Shown in pieces: positions 1 to 13,000 of a stretch of 64,000 nt of DNA; within the stretch, counting starts at the first letter, position 1; each line of letters begins with the position of its first letter. Under the pieces are notes generated by a model that saw only the letters and a list, made by a program, of their open reading frames with translations, was not told the DNA's origin and made no database searches. Both the position numbers and the translations under genes were made by a program. Location of the stretch: contig JAAOMT010000352.1 of the NCBI GenBank assembly GCA_016748015.1, forward strand, positions 682,001 through 746,000. The letters are read 5' to 3'. Source of the stretch: Geosiphon pyriformis uo1. Taxonomy: Eukaryota; Fungi; Glomeromycota.

Positions 1-1095
1 TACAGTGGGTGTAAATTGACTGGTAGTACTCTAGAGTTGTTGCGTCTGGTGTGGTCACTACTTTGAATTTGTTTTTGCTGTGTTGTTTCTATGGGAGAGC
101 ACTAAATGTTACCAGAGGTTTTTGGTCTCTTTTCTTAAAGGTTGTTGATATCTGTTTGCTGTGAATTCACGTTTTCTGGATGTGGTTGAACCTCCAGTAA
201 CTGAATTTATCTTCAAATTATCTCCTATAATTTGAACTGCTGGGCTTATAAGTGGAATGGCCAATTCCATGCCAGTTACTTTGTATAGTTACGTTGTAGT
301 AAACGTCAACTTTTTCCCAGGAATTGTTCATCTGGAAGCTCACTAAAAATGTATAGTTACTTTGCTGTGAAAGTCAACTCTTCTACAGGAATTCTCGTCT
401 GTAGGCTACCCAAAATAATTTATAATAAGAAAAGAAAGAAAATAAAAGAAATATAAAAGAAAAAGTAAAACTGATGATTTATGGAAGTCGTTTTGGATCC
501 AGGCCTGGAAGTGCTTTAACAGTCTACTGAAATTGGTAGCTAATCAATTTCAAACTGTTAGTAGGAATTGGTTAATTTCAAGGGAAATAATTCAAGAATT
601 TGGCTTTTCGAATTTATTTGATATTTATTTTGTTTTTGTGTATAAAGAATGATTCTAATTATTAAATCTGAAGTAAAATACATTTTCTCGAAAAGAGAAG
701 CTTTTCTTTTATACAACTTGTCATAACACTATTCTATGAACTTGAACTTTGCTATTTTCTATAATTTCACTGAACTAAAGATACATTTTAGCAAACTACA
801 AGTTATTTCTGTGAACTATTAGATATTTCGGCAAACTATCAATTATTTCAGCGAATTTCTTACAAATTTTGGCAAACTTTTTGAATGTTACATAGTTCGG
901 AGTATTGCATGATTGATCATTGCAATTAGGTTACATTTGTGTTATGTACAAATTGGATTATTAATTAAATAATAATTTTGGATATTTTGCTAATATAATA
1001 AGTAATAATTTGAAACAATAATATATGCTAATTAATGATAAGATTTATAAGGGTAATTTCATGCTAAACAATATCTCTAATTTCGTCTGGTAACA
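1..1095 (-). mobile_element. Gypsy-type LTR retrotransposon X: 5' LTR (107-1095) plus PBS/leader; body extends left of the window
   Basis: 107-1095 is bounded by the 10-bp inverted repeat TGTTACCAGA...TCTGGTAACA and is the reverse complement of the LTR at 18668-19611. On the minus strand it is followed by a PBS-like TTTAGTGCTCTCCC. Confidence 0.85.
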
Positions 1096-4000
1096 ACAGC
1101 AACAACAGAAAACAGAAGAAAAAACTTTGAATTAGCTATACAATTCACAACACACCAAAAACAACTGCCAAATACTTACAAATATTTAAATATAGAATCA
1201 GTGTTAAATTACCACTTTCTATTACACTATTTCCAATTTTATTTGTTTAACCACAAACTTTAAATTCATTATTTATTTATTTCTCAAGACCAGAAAATTT
1301 TTAGTCACCTAAAAATTTTACTTAATAGCAAAAACCAATATCAACCAGCACCAATCTTTTTAATCACTTACAGAAAAATAAAAATAATCATTCAGAAAAC
1401 TTGGAAAGTGAAAAAACTGAATTAGAACAAAAAAAAACCACTAAAAACAAAGAAAAAATAGCAATTGCTTATATTGCAAAGATTTCAGAATTCACTAATA
1501 AAGATAATAATACCAGTCTTCAAAAATGGCTTGACAAAGTCCAGAAAGCAGAAGATGCAAACAGATAAAATGCTGCAAGAATGCTTAAAGCTATTCTCTA
1601 TTTCCTTCAAGAAACAGTAAGCAAATAATTTGAAAACCTAGAAAAACCCTTTGAAAACTGGCAAGCATTCAAAGATGCTTTTTTACAATAGTTTACTAAC
1701 AACAACATTTCTATCACTTTCTGAAATTGCCTCTACAATATTAAACAAAAACATCCAAAACTGTCATGACTTATCATAGAAGATTCAACAAACTTTTTAG
1801 ACAAATTTGACAATTAGAAACCAATAATTATTACTCTAATGTTCAGATTTTGAATTAGTTTATTGCAAAATTAAAAAATAAACTAATTAAAAAAGTCTGT
1901 TCATATGCTCTAGCAAACTTAGCAACAGTCATTAGACATGCAAAAAACTATGAAATAGCAATAAAAGAAGCAAATTATACCAAACTTGTAAATCTTGCTA
2001 TTAAAGAAACCAGCTCAGCAGCTGAAGAGAAAATTAACCAACTTACAAAAAAAGTTGAGAACTATTTTACTAACCAACAACAACAGCAACAACCACAAAG
2101 ATATTAATTATTTCAATAATGCAATTAAAACAATTACTCTTTATCATCTAATAACTAACCACAAAGCTGTCATTATTGTAGAATTCTAGGACATTAGAAA
2201 CAAGATTGCAGAAAATTACAATGAAACCAACAAAACATTATTCTTTACCACAGCAATTTTATTACCAATTACCACTACTAACTTATTATTTACCAAGACC
2301 ACAAAATCAAAATAGTTATTATCAGTTTGCTTTATAACTAATACAGCAACAACATCAATAATCTTTACCAATTTAGCAATATCAAGCACTACTTGCTCAA
2401 CAATATTAAATATCTGCTCGAAAATTGGTTCAACAAAACCAATTTATATCTCAAAATTGATTTCAGAATAATAACAACAGAATTAACCCAAACAACCAAT
2501 TGATTTCCCGAAATTCTGGTTAGCAAAAACCCAATTACTATTACACTCAACCCAGTTATTTTACAATGTTTAAAGAATTGGATTTTTAACAGACTGCACT
2601 TTCTGAAAGTAAAGCTACAATACCAAAATCAAACTCTTCCAACAATACTATTCTACCAGTCCAAATTGCCCAAAATGCCAACTTTTCAGACATATTTCTA
2701 TTCGAATTTGAAGTCAATGAATCACCATTTTTGCTTAATAATATAGCAGTCAATGAACAAAAAGCAATTACAGCTATGTATACTAAAGCTAAAGTAGAAA
2801 GAAAACCAATCTATTTAATTCTAGACAATGGATCCACTGGTAGTATTATTATTTATCAACTAATGCAACAACTTAAATAAACTATTAACAGACCAGTTCA
2901 AACTGTAATTGTTACAGCTAATGGTATTAAAAAGACTCCAATAAGAGAAATTGACAACTTTCCATTTACCATTAATGGAATTACCATTCCAGTCAAAGTT
3001 TTAGTCATGAATGCACTCAATACTAAGCTCTTATCAAAAACAATTGACTTCTCAAGACCAATGCAAATCTAGATTGGAAAACCCAAGAACTAAAAATTTT
3101 ATACCAAGAACAATACACCAAAGTATTTGTTACCTGTGGTATTTTTAATAAATGATTTAAAAAAGTCTTAGTGTTCAAATTTGAAGAGAAAAAAAAAATA
3201 CCAATTATTAAAATATACATGGCTCTTAAATCAACATTCAATTGGGCTGAAGAAACAAAACAAAAATTTTTTAAAGAAATCAGAGAATAGAATGTTGTTT
3301 AATACTCTACACCAGAACCACAGAAACAATTATCTTACATTCTACTTAAATGTAAAGATTGCAAAAAGAAACTTTTATTAATGGAAACATGCATATTCTC
3401 AGAAAAGAAATATGAAACATGCACCTATTACTACTATAAAGCATGCCATAAAAAACGATTTAAATATCTCAAATGAAGTGAAAAATAGAACAACACTTCT
3501 TGTTTTACATGTGGAAATATGTTACCAGAAAAATGCAACTGAATTGACATTACAATAAGAGAAAGAATATGTAATCAAACCTGCCAATATGTTCTATTAA
3601 TCTTGAAAAAAGTTAAAAAAAACACTCTTTGATGTAGTATATAACAGTACTCTTAACAAACTCTACTATTATCTTTACAATGCTAAAATAATTTTTGATC
3701 TAACAATGGCTTTAATCAATGAAGCCATACAAAAAAATGTCTGCCAAATAAAAAAAGCTGAATATATTGAATACACAATAGAATTAGCTGAATTCAACTA
3801 TAAAAATAAAGTAAAAACATATACCAAATTACAAGTTACACTTACTCAATTCAAGAAGCTTAAATTTAATGATTAGAGCAAATAAACATTCAATTGTGTA
3901 AAGAATGCATTATGTCTTGTAATAATAAATGGTGTTCAGAATGCTATGCCCTTAGCATTTCCTTACTTAGCAAAGATAACCAGAAGGAAATCGAGTTTGG

Positions 4001-5859
4001 AGAATCTAAGCTAGAAGAAAAAATTACAACAATTTTAATCTATCTTACTAAGAATCAACCAGCTCTACAACTCAAATATTTTAACAACAATAGTCAAGGA
4101 ATCAAGCCAGAAAAAACCCATAATATAGACACTGAATATAATTTATGATATCCAGAAAAAGATACTTTGGTCTTTCAACTAAAATCTTAAACAAAAATCA
4201 ATCTCAGAATTGCTTTCAAAATATTATTAGGAGCAATGATTCAAATTGCATTCAGATTATCATTGGCAAGCAAAGAAATTAATGTCAGAAGAGGAGTTAT
4301 AGATACAGAATATACTGAAGACATTAATATTATGCTACAAAATGAAACTAAAAAACCATTTAGAATAAAACATGCTAAAAAGATTGTTTAAGCAATTTAC
4401 TTACTTTTAATCAATATTTTAGAGTTACAATCAGTTAGTAACAGAGAACAATTAGGCAAAAGTGAAAGAGGAATACAAAGTTTTGATTCAATTGAACAAT
4501 TTACAGTTCCAGTAAACATAGCTTTCAATGCACAGAATGAATCTTACCAGATTTTTCAACTTCCTTAACTCATTACTATTTCATCTTTTAAAGAACATCA
4601 TAAAATTTACACTTGTTTAAAACTTACTACTATCCAAAAAATCTTTGAATCTAATAAACAAATCTGTTTAAGACATGAAATCTCAATTCCAAATGTCTAT
4701 ATACCAAAAAAAATGAAGAAATTTTGAGTTATATTCTACAATTCCAACAATTACCTTATTGTTTTATTAAATAAATTAAAAATTAGAATCATACATAGCA
4801 ATATTTTTCAAGATAAAAACTTTTAAATTGTTTCTAATTTCATTGAAATTGTAAGATATACCCTACTTTCCAACCCAAACATCATTTCTACTACTAAAAA
4901 CTACCACTTTTTAGAAAAAAAACTCTCTCAAATCAACATGAGTCTCTTAGAACCTCAACAACAAAGACAATTAAAACAGTTAATAGCTGAATTTGCTGAT
5001 ATATTTGCAAAAGACAACAATAACTTGGGAAAAATTGATATTGTTTAACATTAGATCCACAGAAAATGCTTTACCAAAATGTCAACAAGCTTACCAAATT
5101 CCATCTGCTAGCCACCAATTTATTAAAGAAGAGATCCAAAAAATGCTTAATAATGAATTGATTCAACCATCAAGAAGTCCATGCACTTTACCAGTAGTTT
5201 TAGTTAAAAAAAAACAGAAAAATCAGATTTTGTGTTAACTATTATTAATTGAACAGTGTAACAATTGGAAATATCTACCCTCTTTTAAGAATTGATGACA
5301 TGCTAAATGCTCTAAGAAAAGCCAAGTTTTTTTCAACTTTAGACTTGGAAAGTGAATACTGAGAAGTTGAAATGAACTCAAAAAATCGCCCCAAAACAGC
5401 ATTTACCACTCAAAAAGAAAACTATGAATTCAATGTTATGCTTTTTGGACTCTACAATACACTAGTAATATTTCAGCAACTTATAGATATTGTATATAAA
5501 AAACTTTTATGGCAATCAATAGTTGTCTATCTTAATAACATTAATATATATTCACCAAGTTTTGAAGCTCATCTTATCTACCTGTAAGAAGTTTTTTAAT
5601 AATTATGGAAAGCAGGATTAAAGTTGAAAATTGAGAAATATTACTTTAAAAAAACAAATTTAATCTTTTTTGAACACATTGTTAGCAAAGATGAAATCAA
5701 ACCAAATCCAGAAACAATCAGTGCTGTCAAAAACTTTCAACCTCCCAAAAACACCACAAAGCTACAAGAATTTGTAAAATTAGTTTCTTATTATTAGAAA
5801 TTCATAAAAAAATTCTCAAAAATTGCCAAATCACTCAATTATCTTACCAATAAAAATGT
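1096..5859 (+). pseudogene. Element A gag-protease-Cys-rich-dUTPase-RT (many stops and frameshifts)
   Basis: Zinc knuckle CHYC...GH...DC at ~2168-2209, protease LILDNGSTGS at ~2815-2845, dUTPase motifs at ~4110-4495, RT motifs KTAFTT, MLFGLYN and VYLNN (decayed YLDD) at ~5390-5540. Confidence 0.85.
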
Positions 5860-6719
5860 TGTTACTCATAAAATATAAAAAATATATTAGTATATAAATT
5901 AGCCAATCAGAGGTAACCATAGTAGATATGAAATTCCAAAATTCCACTCAAAAGAAATTGCAGAATTTCAGGAATTTTAGGATTCTCATACAAGGAATTA
6001 CAGAATTCCAGAATTTTAGAATTTTTCTCAAAAAAATTGCAAAATTTCAGGAATTCTAGGATTCCTGGTGTGAAGAATTGAAAAATTGAAGAATTTCAAT
6101 TATGTATATATAATGACAGTATTAGAAGTAAAAAAGACAGACCTCTTAGTTTAAATTTGATCTAAGCAATTCTTCTATTCATAAATATCAATAAATAATT
6201 ATTTATTATCTTAAATCTATTTCCCATTATCAACACTTTATGTTGATAGCAATTGATACTTAATCATATTAGAACAATAGCTCTTGATTATGGCTATTGA
6301 TGAGATACTAACATGTAAATTGTTTTGGCTTATTTTTTTATTTTTTTTTATTGCTTTATTTTTGTTGTTATTTTGCTAACTTGATTAAAAGAATTTACAT
6401 GTAAAGGTACTAACATCAGAATATAGTACTAATAAAAGACCCAGAATAAAAGTAGATACTCGGAATTGAGGATATCTTACCAGAAGAATTACCAGTTATT
6501 ATGCTAAGAAAAAAATTAATGAAACTGTGGTTTCAGAAAACTACAGATAAAACTATTAATTAAATTTCTGTCCATTATACAAAAAACTCAACCAAAACCT
6601 TCAGATAACCAAAATCTTCAGGTCACAATATTTTTAGATATTATCAACTGTCATAACACTTGAACACCAAGTTACAGGTTTGTTATTTGTTTTGAGACTC
6701 CAAATAATCACTTGTAACA
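5860..6719 (+). repeat. 5' LTR of element B
   Basis: TGTTAC...GTAACA termini; direct repeat of 15084-15902; CCAAT box at ~5902, GAATT-type tandem array, TATA-like tract at ~6105. Confidence 0.95.
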
Positions 6720-6721
6720 TT

Positions 6722-6738
6722 TGGTGCTCCTTGTAAGG
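6722..6738 (+). other. Primer binding site of element B
   Basis: TGGTGCTCCTTGTAAGG begins 2 nt after the LTR; TGG complements tRNA CCA; related sequence follows the C and X LTRs. Confidence 0.8.
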
Positions 6739-6789
6739 TATAATCCTACAGAGAACCAGCATCAACAGTAATCATCCAAAAGTGACAAA

Positions 6790-9700
6790 ATCAAAAATAA
6801 TAAAGACAAACTATTTAGGATTTGCTAAATCCTTGTTTCAACATTACTGTTAACACTTGAAATTAACCAACAATCACCTATCAGCAGAATCAGCCTTCAA
6901 TTTTTATGTCAACAAAAAAATCTCATATTTGCTAAGAGTACCAGTAGAAACCAATTCAGCCAGAGAAAATTTTTACAATGAATTAATTCAAAATACTAGC
7001 CTATTAGCAAATTATAATTTCACAGCAATTCTCACTAAAATCAATAAAGAAATTGAACATTACACTCAACAAAGATATCCAATTATCTATGCAAATAAAG
7101 ACAAAGAGAAATTACAAACACCAACAACAACACTAAAAGGAATATTATTACCAACATAAAAGAAACAAAGAATTGAATCTCCACTATATCCATTATATCA
7201 TCACATACTTAGAAGTACTATTAACATTGTATTAACAGGCATGTTCACATTAAATATGACATCAATCTTTGGATGACTCCCATTTCAAAGTAAACAAAAG
7301 AAAGCAGAATTATTAAGAACCTATAGTAATTACTTTGAAAGATTTAAATTATGATTGCCAATGCCATTAAAATTCTGATCACTGCCATCTCCACCAGATT
7401 TTGAAACCACAAGTCCTTGGAAGATAATGGCATCAAAAGAAGAGAAAAAAGAGGATCAAAAATTTAATTATCAAAATCTGATTGCAGAAAATCCAGAAGT
7501 TGAAACTCCAAATATTCAAACCCAGCAAATTCAGAATAATCCAAACTCCAAGTTAATTAATCAGCAAAACTTACTTCTAGAAATCATCATTAATTAACAA
7601 CCAATTGATTTGATTTCTAAACAATCTTAATAGCTACCAATACTACCTTAGCAATTACCACTTTAACTATCACAACAACCAAACTTGAATTTAATAGTCT
7701 ATGCTCCAATAGCAAAACTTGAAAAATTTACTGGTGAAAAAGATGATGTCCAAGTGTGGTTGAACAATGTAGAAAAAACCATCACAGCCAATGGATAGAA
7801 TGATACAAGAGCCATGCAAGCCATTTCATACTTCTTCTAAGATACCACTGACTTGTGGTATTAGAGTTTGGTCAACAAACCTCAGAATTTTAATGCATTT
7901 AAGCTTGAATTCTTGAGATATTTTAGCAACAATAATATTATTAATTGCTTAGCCAATATTTTTACCACCATCAAGCAAAAAAAAACTGAAGCAGTTACTA
8001 CTTACTTAGGATCCTTTCATAGGAACTTGCACCAAATACAAACAATTGACACAAATTATTTTACAGTGTCACAGATTCTGAACCAGTTTATCTGTAAACT
8101 GTACAGTAGCATCTTCTAATGTGTATGTCCAATGTACCCACAAACTCTCCAAGACACAGTTATCAATACATAGAATTTCAAATCCACAAAACTTGAAGCT
8201 AATCATACTCAAACCATTAATCTAGTGATAAACGGATCATCTGAACTGGATTCCAAATTGAAACAACTTAATGATTCAATTAATTAGAAAATAGAAGGAT
8301 ACTTAGCTGATAATTATGCAATTTATCAGTCATCTCAATGATGCAATAATTCTGGAAATATAAATTGCTTCCAAAATCAGTTGTGTCCTTCATCATTATT
8401 CAATCAGCCATGGTAACAAGAGACATGTATCTGCCATAATTGTGATAAACAAGACCATTTGAGAATTAACTGCCATTCTTATAATAATAACCCATGATCG
8501 AGAAATCAATATTGAAACCCTAATTGCAGATTTCAAACTCTGAATCAATATCCAAATTAAAATCAATACTTACCTCATTATACTCAAATAACACAACAGC
8601 CAATTTATTAATCACCAGTATATTAAACTCCAATTTATTAGCCAACAACACCCATTATTTATTAGCTGCAGCCACAAGTAATATACCAGCCTCAACAAAT
8701 TTAAATACTGCCACAAAACTTACCTCAAACCAGAACACAAAGACTGAAAATGACATAACAAAACTGAAGATTGGTAATAGTTGTTCATCAACCAATTTCC
8801 AGTTCTTCTACTCAACAATTAAGAACATGCTCTCGAAATTTGGAGACTAGATATGTCCAATACTCAAATTCCCAACACTATTTAAGTCTTTTAGTTACCC
8901 CAAAAGATGCCTCATCTAACAACCAGAAACCCAATCAAAACAAATCACTTATCAGCAACATACCTCCAGTTACTGTAACTAACAACAAATTACTAGCAGC
9001 AATTTTCCTATTTGAATTCAAAGAACTATCACAAACACCATTGTTCAGTAAAACTGCACTTGAAGAAAAACCTATCACTGCCATGTACACTGATGCTAAA
9101 GTCAATGGTTAGGCCATAAAACTGATCCTAAATAGTGATTCAGCAGACAGCATTATCACATAACAACTCATGGACCAATTAGGTCACCAAATTAATTGTG
9201 CTGCCAGCACCAAAATCATAACAGCCAATGGAGCAACTAAAACTCCAATTGGTAAGATTGATGACTTCTCTATAGAAGTCAATAATATTATTGTATCAAT
9301 CAAGATATTAGTCATAAAAACCACTTAATACCAAACACTTGGTAATAATTGGCTGTCCAAAACAAATATGACACTTGATTGGACCACCCAAGAATTGCAA
9401 CTCAGTCAGAATAGATGATACACATAAGTACCAGCAATATGTGGACATTTCAAACCCAATAACAACATGCCAATACTACTTATTGAGTTCGATAACAAAG
9501 AAAAAAAACCTATCTGGAATGCATATCAAGTCTCCTAGACTAATACTGATTACAACAAACTACCGCCAATACTATTATGAGATAACAAAGAAAAAAAAAA
9601 GAAAAAGAATCTACCTAAGAAACCAATCAAAGCTATTGGAATATTAACGACCAAAGTAAGCTGCCACCAACTTGGACTTGAGAAGAAAAAGAGAAAAAAA

Positions 9701-12700
9701 AAGAGAAAGAAGAAGAATCAACACCAGCCATTATCTCTACTTATACACCATATACCTACTCTTCACTATATCAGTCTAATTATTGCTAACTGAAACTGGT
9801 ATGCATTGATTGTGGCAAGAAATTGTCATTAATGGGTGTGTATTGTGGTGATAATGAGAAATACTCTACAGCAACCAAATTTTACTGCTGCTTATGTATC
9901 CTAGAATGCTTTGGATGACCAAAATGACAAAAAAATTAAGACAATAAATCTTGTCTTGCTTGTAAAAAAACATTATTAGATAAAGAAATGTGGAATGACA
10001 TTCCTAGATAAGAAGGAACCTGTGACAAATTGTGCCAATACACGATTCTAATCAGTGACTGAATGAAAAAAGGGACTCTCATAAAAGCCACTTAGAGAAA
10101 AGCCATAAAATGCCTGAACAGTTGTCCATATGATGATGACAAAATTTGGTGAATGGCATTGACAAAATTGAAGGAGCATTACCAAAGGAAATAAGAATGA
10201 TTAAAAATAATCCACCTAAATCTATAGAACTCAATTAGAGCCCAAATTCAGATATTGTCCTAAAATTCATGGATCCAGAACAATTTTACAAATACTACCA
10301 AGAACTAGCACCTACAAAAGAAGAGCAGAAGCAATGCTTGGAAGAAATAAACACCTGACTATGTAACTATTGTTTGATTCCATGTGACTTTCAATATTGT
10401 AATGAGTGTGACCTCATTTACAATCCACTACTACATATGATCTACACAATTTTAGAGAAAGAAGAACCAATTAGCAGATGTATATTGGAATCAGAATTAC
10501 TATTCAATCCCAATTCAAACTCCGACAATAACAACAACAAAAATAACAGTTCTAGCTCCATTCAAAATGGCAACAAAAATTATGATGATTCAAATTCTGA
10601 TTCAAACTTTGAACAATACATCGCACTTTCTGACCTCTCTAAGAAGCAGAAACTAAAATAGTTTAGCGACAATAATGAAAATATCATGCCAAAACATATG
10701 CATAATATTGATGCTGGATTTGACCTAAAATATCTGGGAAAAAATGTCATCAAATTGGAATCACATTTACACACCTGCATTGATCTCAAAATAGCACTGA
10801 AAATCCCTACAACAACAATAGTTCAACTAGTATTTAGGATTATCTTAGCAAAAAAAGGAATTAACATCAGAAAAAGAATAATTAACACAGGATATATAGG
10901 AAATATTATTGTTATATTACAAAATAATTCAGAAAAAGCCTATATTATAAAGCCAAATAAAAAGATAACACAAGCAATATTCCTGCCTCTGGTTAAAATA
11001 GCTCAATTAATATTAGTGGGAAACAGAAAAAAATTAGAAATTACAGCTAAAGGGATACAGAAATTTGAATCAATAAGTAGAATAGATGTACCAGTTAATA
11101 TAGCAGAGAAAAAAGTTATTGACAAGGAAGAAATTATCTTCACCCATTAATCAATTTTTATTCTACCATATGATTAGTACATGGTAACCATAGAGAGAAA
11201 AAAAAAATCAGGTTCAAATTTTTGAGACAGAAGCAACACTTTGTAAATCAAGAGAAATTGGATTAGTCAACCTACACATATCAGCCAAGAACCACAGTCA
11301 CATTAAAATTTCCATTTACAACAACACAGGAAATATTATCAAGATACTAGAAGAAACTACTATTGGATATTTAACCACCAAAATTAAAGACCAACTGCCA
11401 GACACCATTTCAAATTTTCCACAACTGTGTGGATATGTAGATATTACATCTCAAACAATATATAAACAAGAAGAATGTTATCTACTCCAACCAGAACAAT
11501 TAGAACAGATAAACTTAGGAAATCTAGACTTACTACAATATATGCAGTTTAAGATGTTACTCAATAACTTCAATAACATTTTTACAAGTGAAAATGAATT
11601 TAGTAGAACTGACATAATCCAGCACCAAATCAAGACTAGAAATGCAATGCCAATTAAACAAAAAGCATACTAAGTACTACCAGTCAGCCATAAGATTATT
11701 TGTCAAAAAATCAATTGGATGCTTGACAATAGGCTAATTTAGCCATCAATGAGCCAATGATTATCACCAATGATATTAGTCTGGAAGAAAAATAGGAAAA
11801 TCCATATATTAATGTATATATTTTTTTCTTTCAACTTTTGTGTAGATTACTGGAAACTGAATGGAGTAACAAAAGAAGATAACTATTTGACTTCAAAAAT
11901 CCAAGAACTTTTTAATGCTTTTAGAAGAAAGAAATAGTTCTCAACATTAAACTTAGACAGTGATTACTGGCAAGTAGCCATGAAACTAGAAGATAAAAAG
12001 AAAATGGCTTTTACAACATGAGAAGAGAATTTCGAATTTGAAGTTATGCCATTTGGCTTGATAAATGCTCCAACCATATTTCAATGACTTATAAAAATTG
12101 TCTATACTGAACTACTATAAAAATCAGTAGTCATATATTTAGATGACATTAATGTATTCTCAAAAACATTTGATAATCATATGTATTATCTCTAGCAAGT
12201 ATTTAAAAGACTCAGATAAGCAGGATTGAAATTAAATACAAACAAATGCTTCTTTGGCAAAACAGAACTCAAGTTTTTAGGACATGTTGTAAGCAAAGAT
12301 GGTATCAAAAAAATCCAGATAAGATTGAGATTGTTAAGAACTTTCCAGTACTGAATAATCTCATAGAATTAAGAGCATTCTTAGGATTTGCTGAATACTG
12401 CCACCACTTTATCAAAGACTTTTCCAAAATAACTCAACCACTATATTAACTCCAAACAAAAAATACCAAATACAAATAAACTGAAATCCAACAAAAAACC
12501 TTTGACACACTAAGAAAAAAACTTATTCAAGCCCCAATATTAATCTATTCAGACCACAGCAAACTATTTATCATTACTACTAATGCATCTGGTCAAGCAT
12601 TGGGAGCTGTACTATTTCAGAAAAGACCAGATGAAAGAGAACACCCAGTAGCATATGTCAGCTGAAATTTGAGTCCAGCTGAAAAAAACTATAGAACACT

Positions 12701-12938
12701 AGCATTAGAACACTTAACTATCTACTGGGCAGTTATAAAATGGAAAAAATATTTGAATCAAAAGTTTGATGTATACACAGATCACAAAGGATTAACTTCA
12801 ATCTAGAAGCAAGAATTTGGAAATAATTGTCATGCCAGATAGAAAATAAAACTTTCACCATTTAATTATACAGTACATTACAAAAAAGGAAAAAAAAAAA
12901 GAAATGTCAACAGTTTGTCGAGAATAAAACAAACCTAA
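6790..12938 (+). pseudogene. Element B gag-PR-Cys-rich-dUTPase-RT-RNase H polyprotein (start approximate)
   Basis: Gag KLEKFTGEKDDVQVWL at ~7715, CCHC at ~8432-8472, protease at ~9110-9420, dUTPase ORF 10686-11150, RT YLDD at ~12136, RNase H ending NVNSLSRIKQT-stop at 12936-12938. Confidence 0.9.
10686..11080 (+). pseudogene. dUTPase domain of element B
   Basis: Trimeric dUTPase motifs DAGFDL, (G)IINTGYIGNI, KITQAIF and a decayed RGxxGFGS (AKGIQKFES). Confidence 0.9.
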
Positions 12939-13000
12939 GAACATTTCAACTCAAAAATATAACAAAATCTAAACAGTTGAAAACAAAAATATAACAAAAG

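Noticed and set aside
5925-6100. Heat-shock element array (nGAAn)
   Set aside because: TTCnnGAA dimers occur, but the period is ~9 bp with GAATTC unspaced, not the 5-bp alternating HSE pattern.
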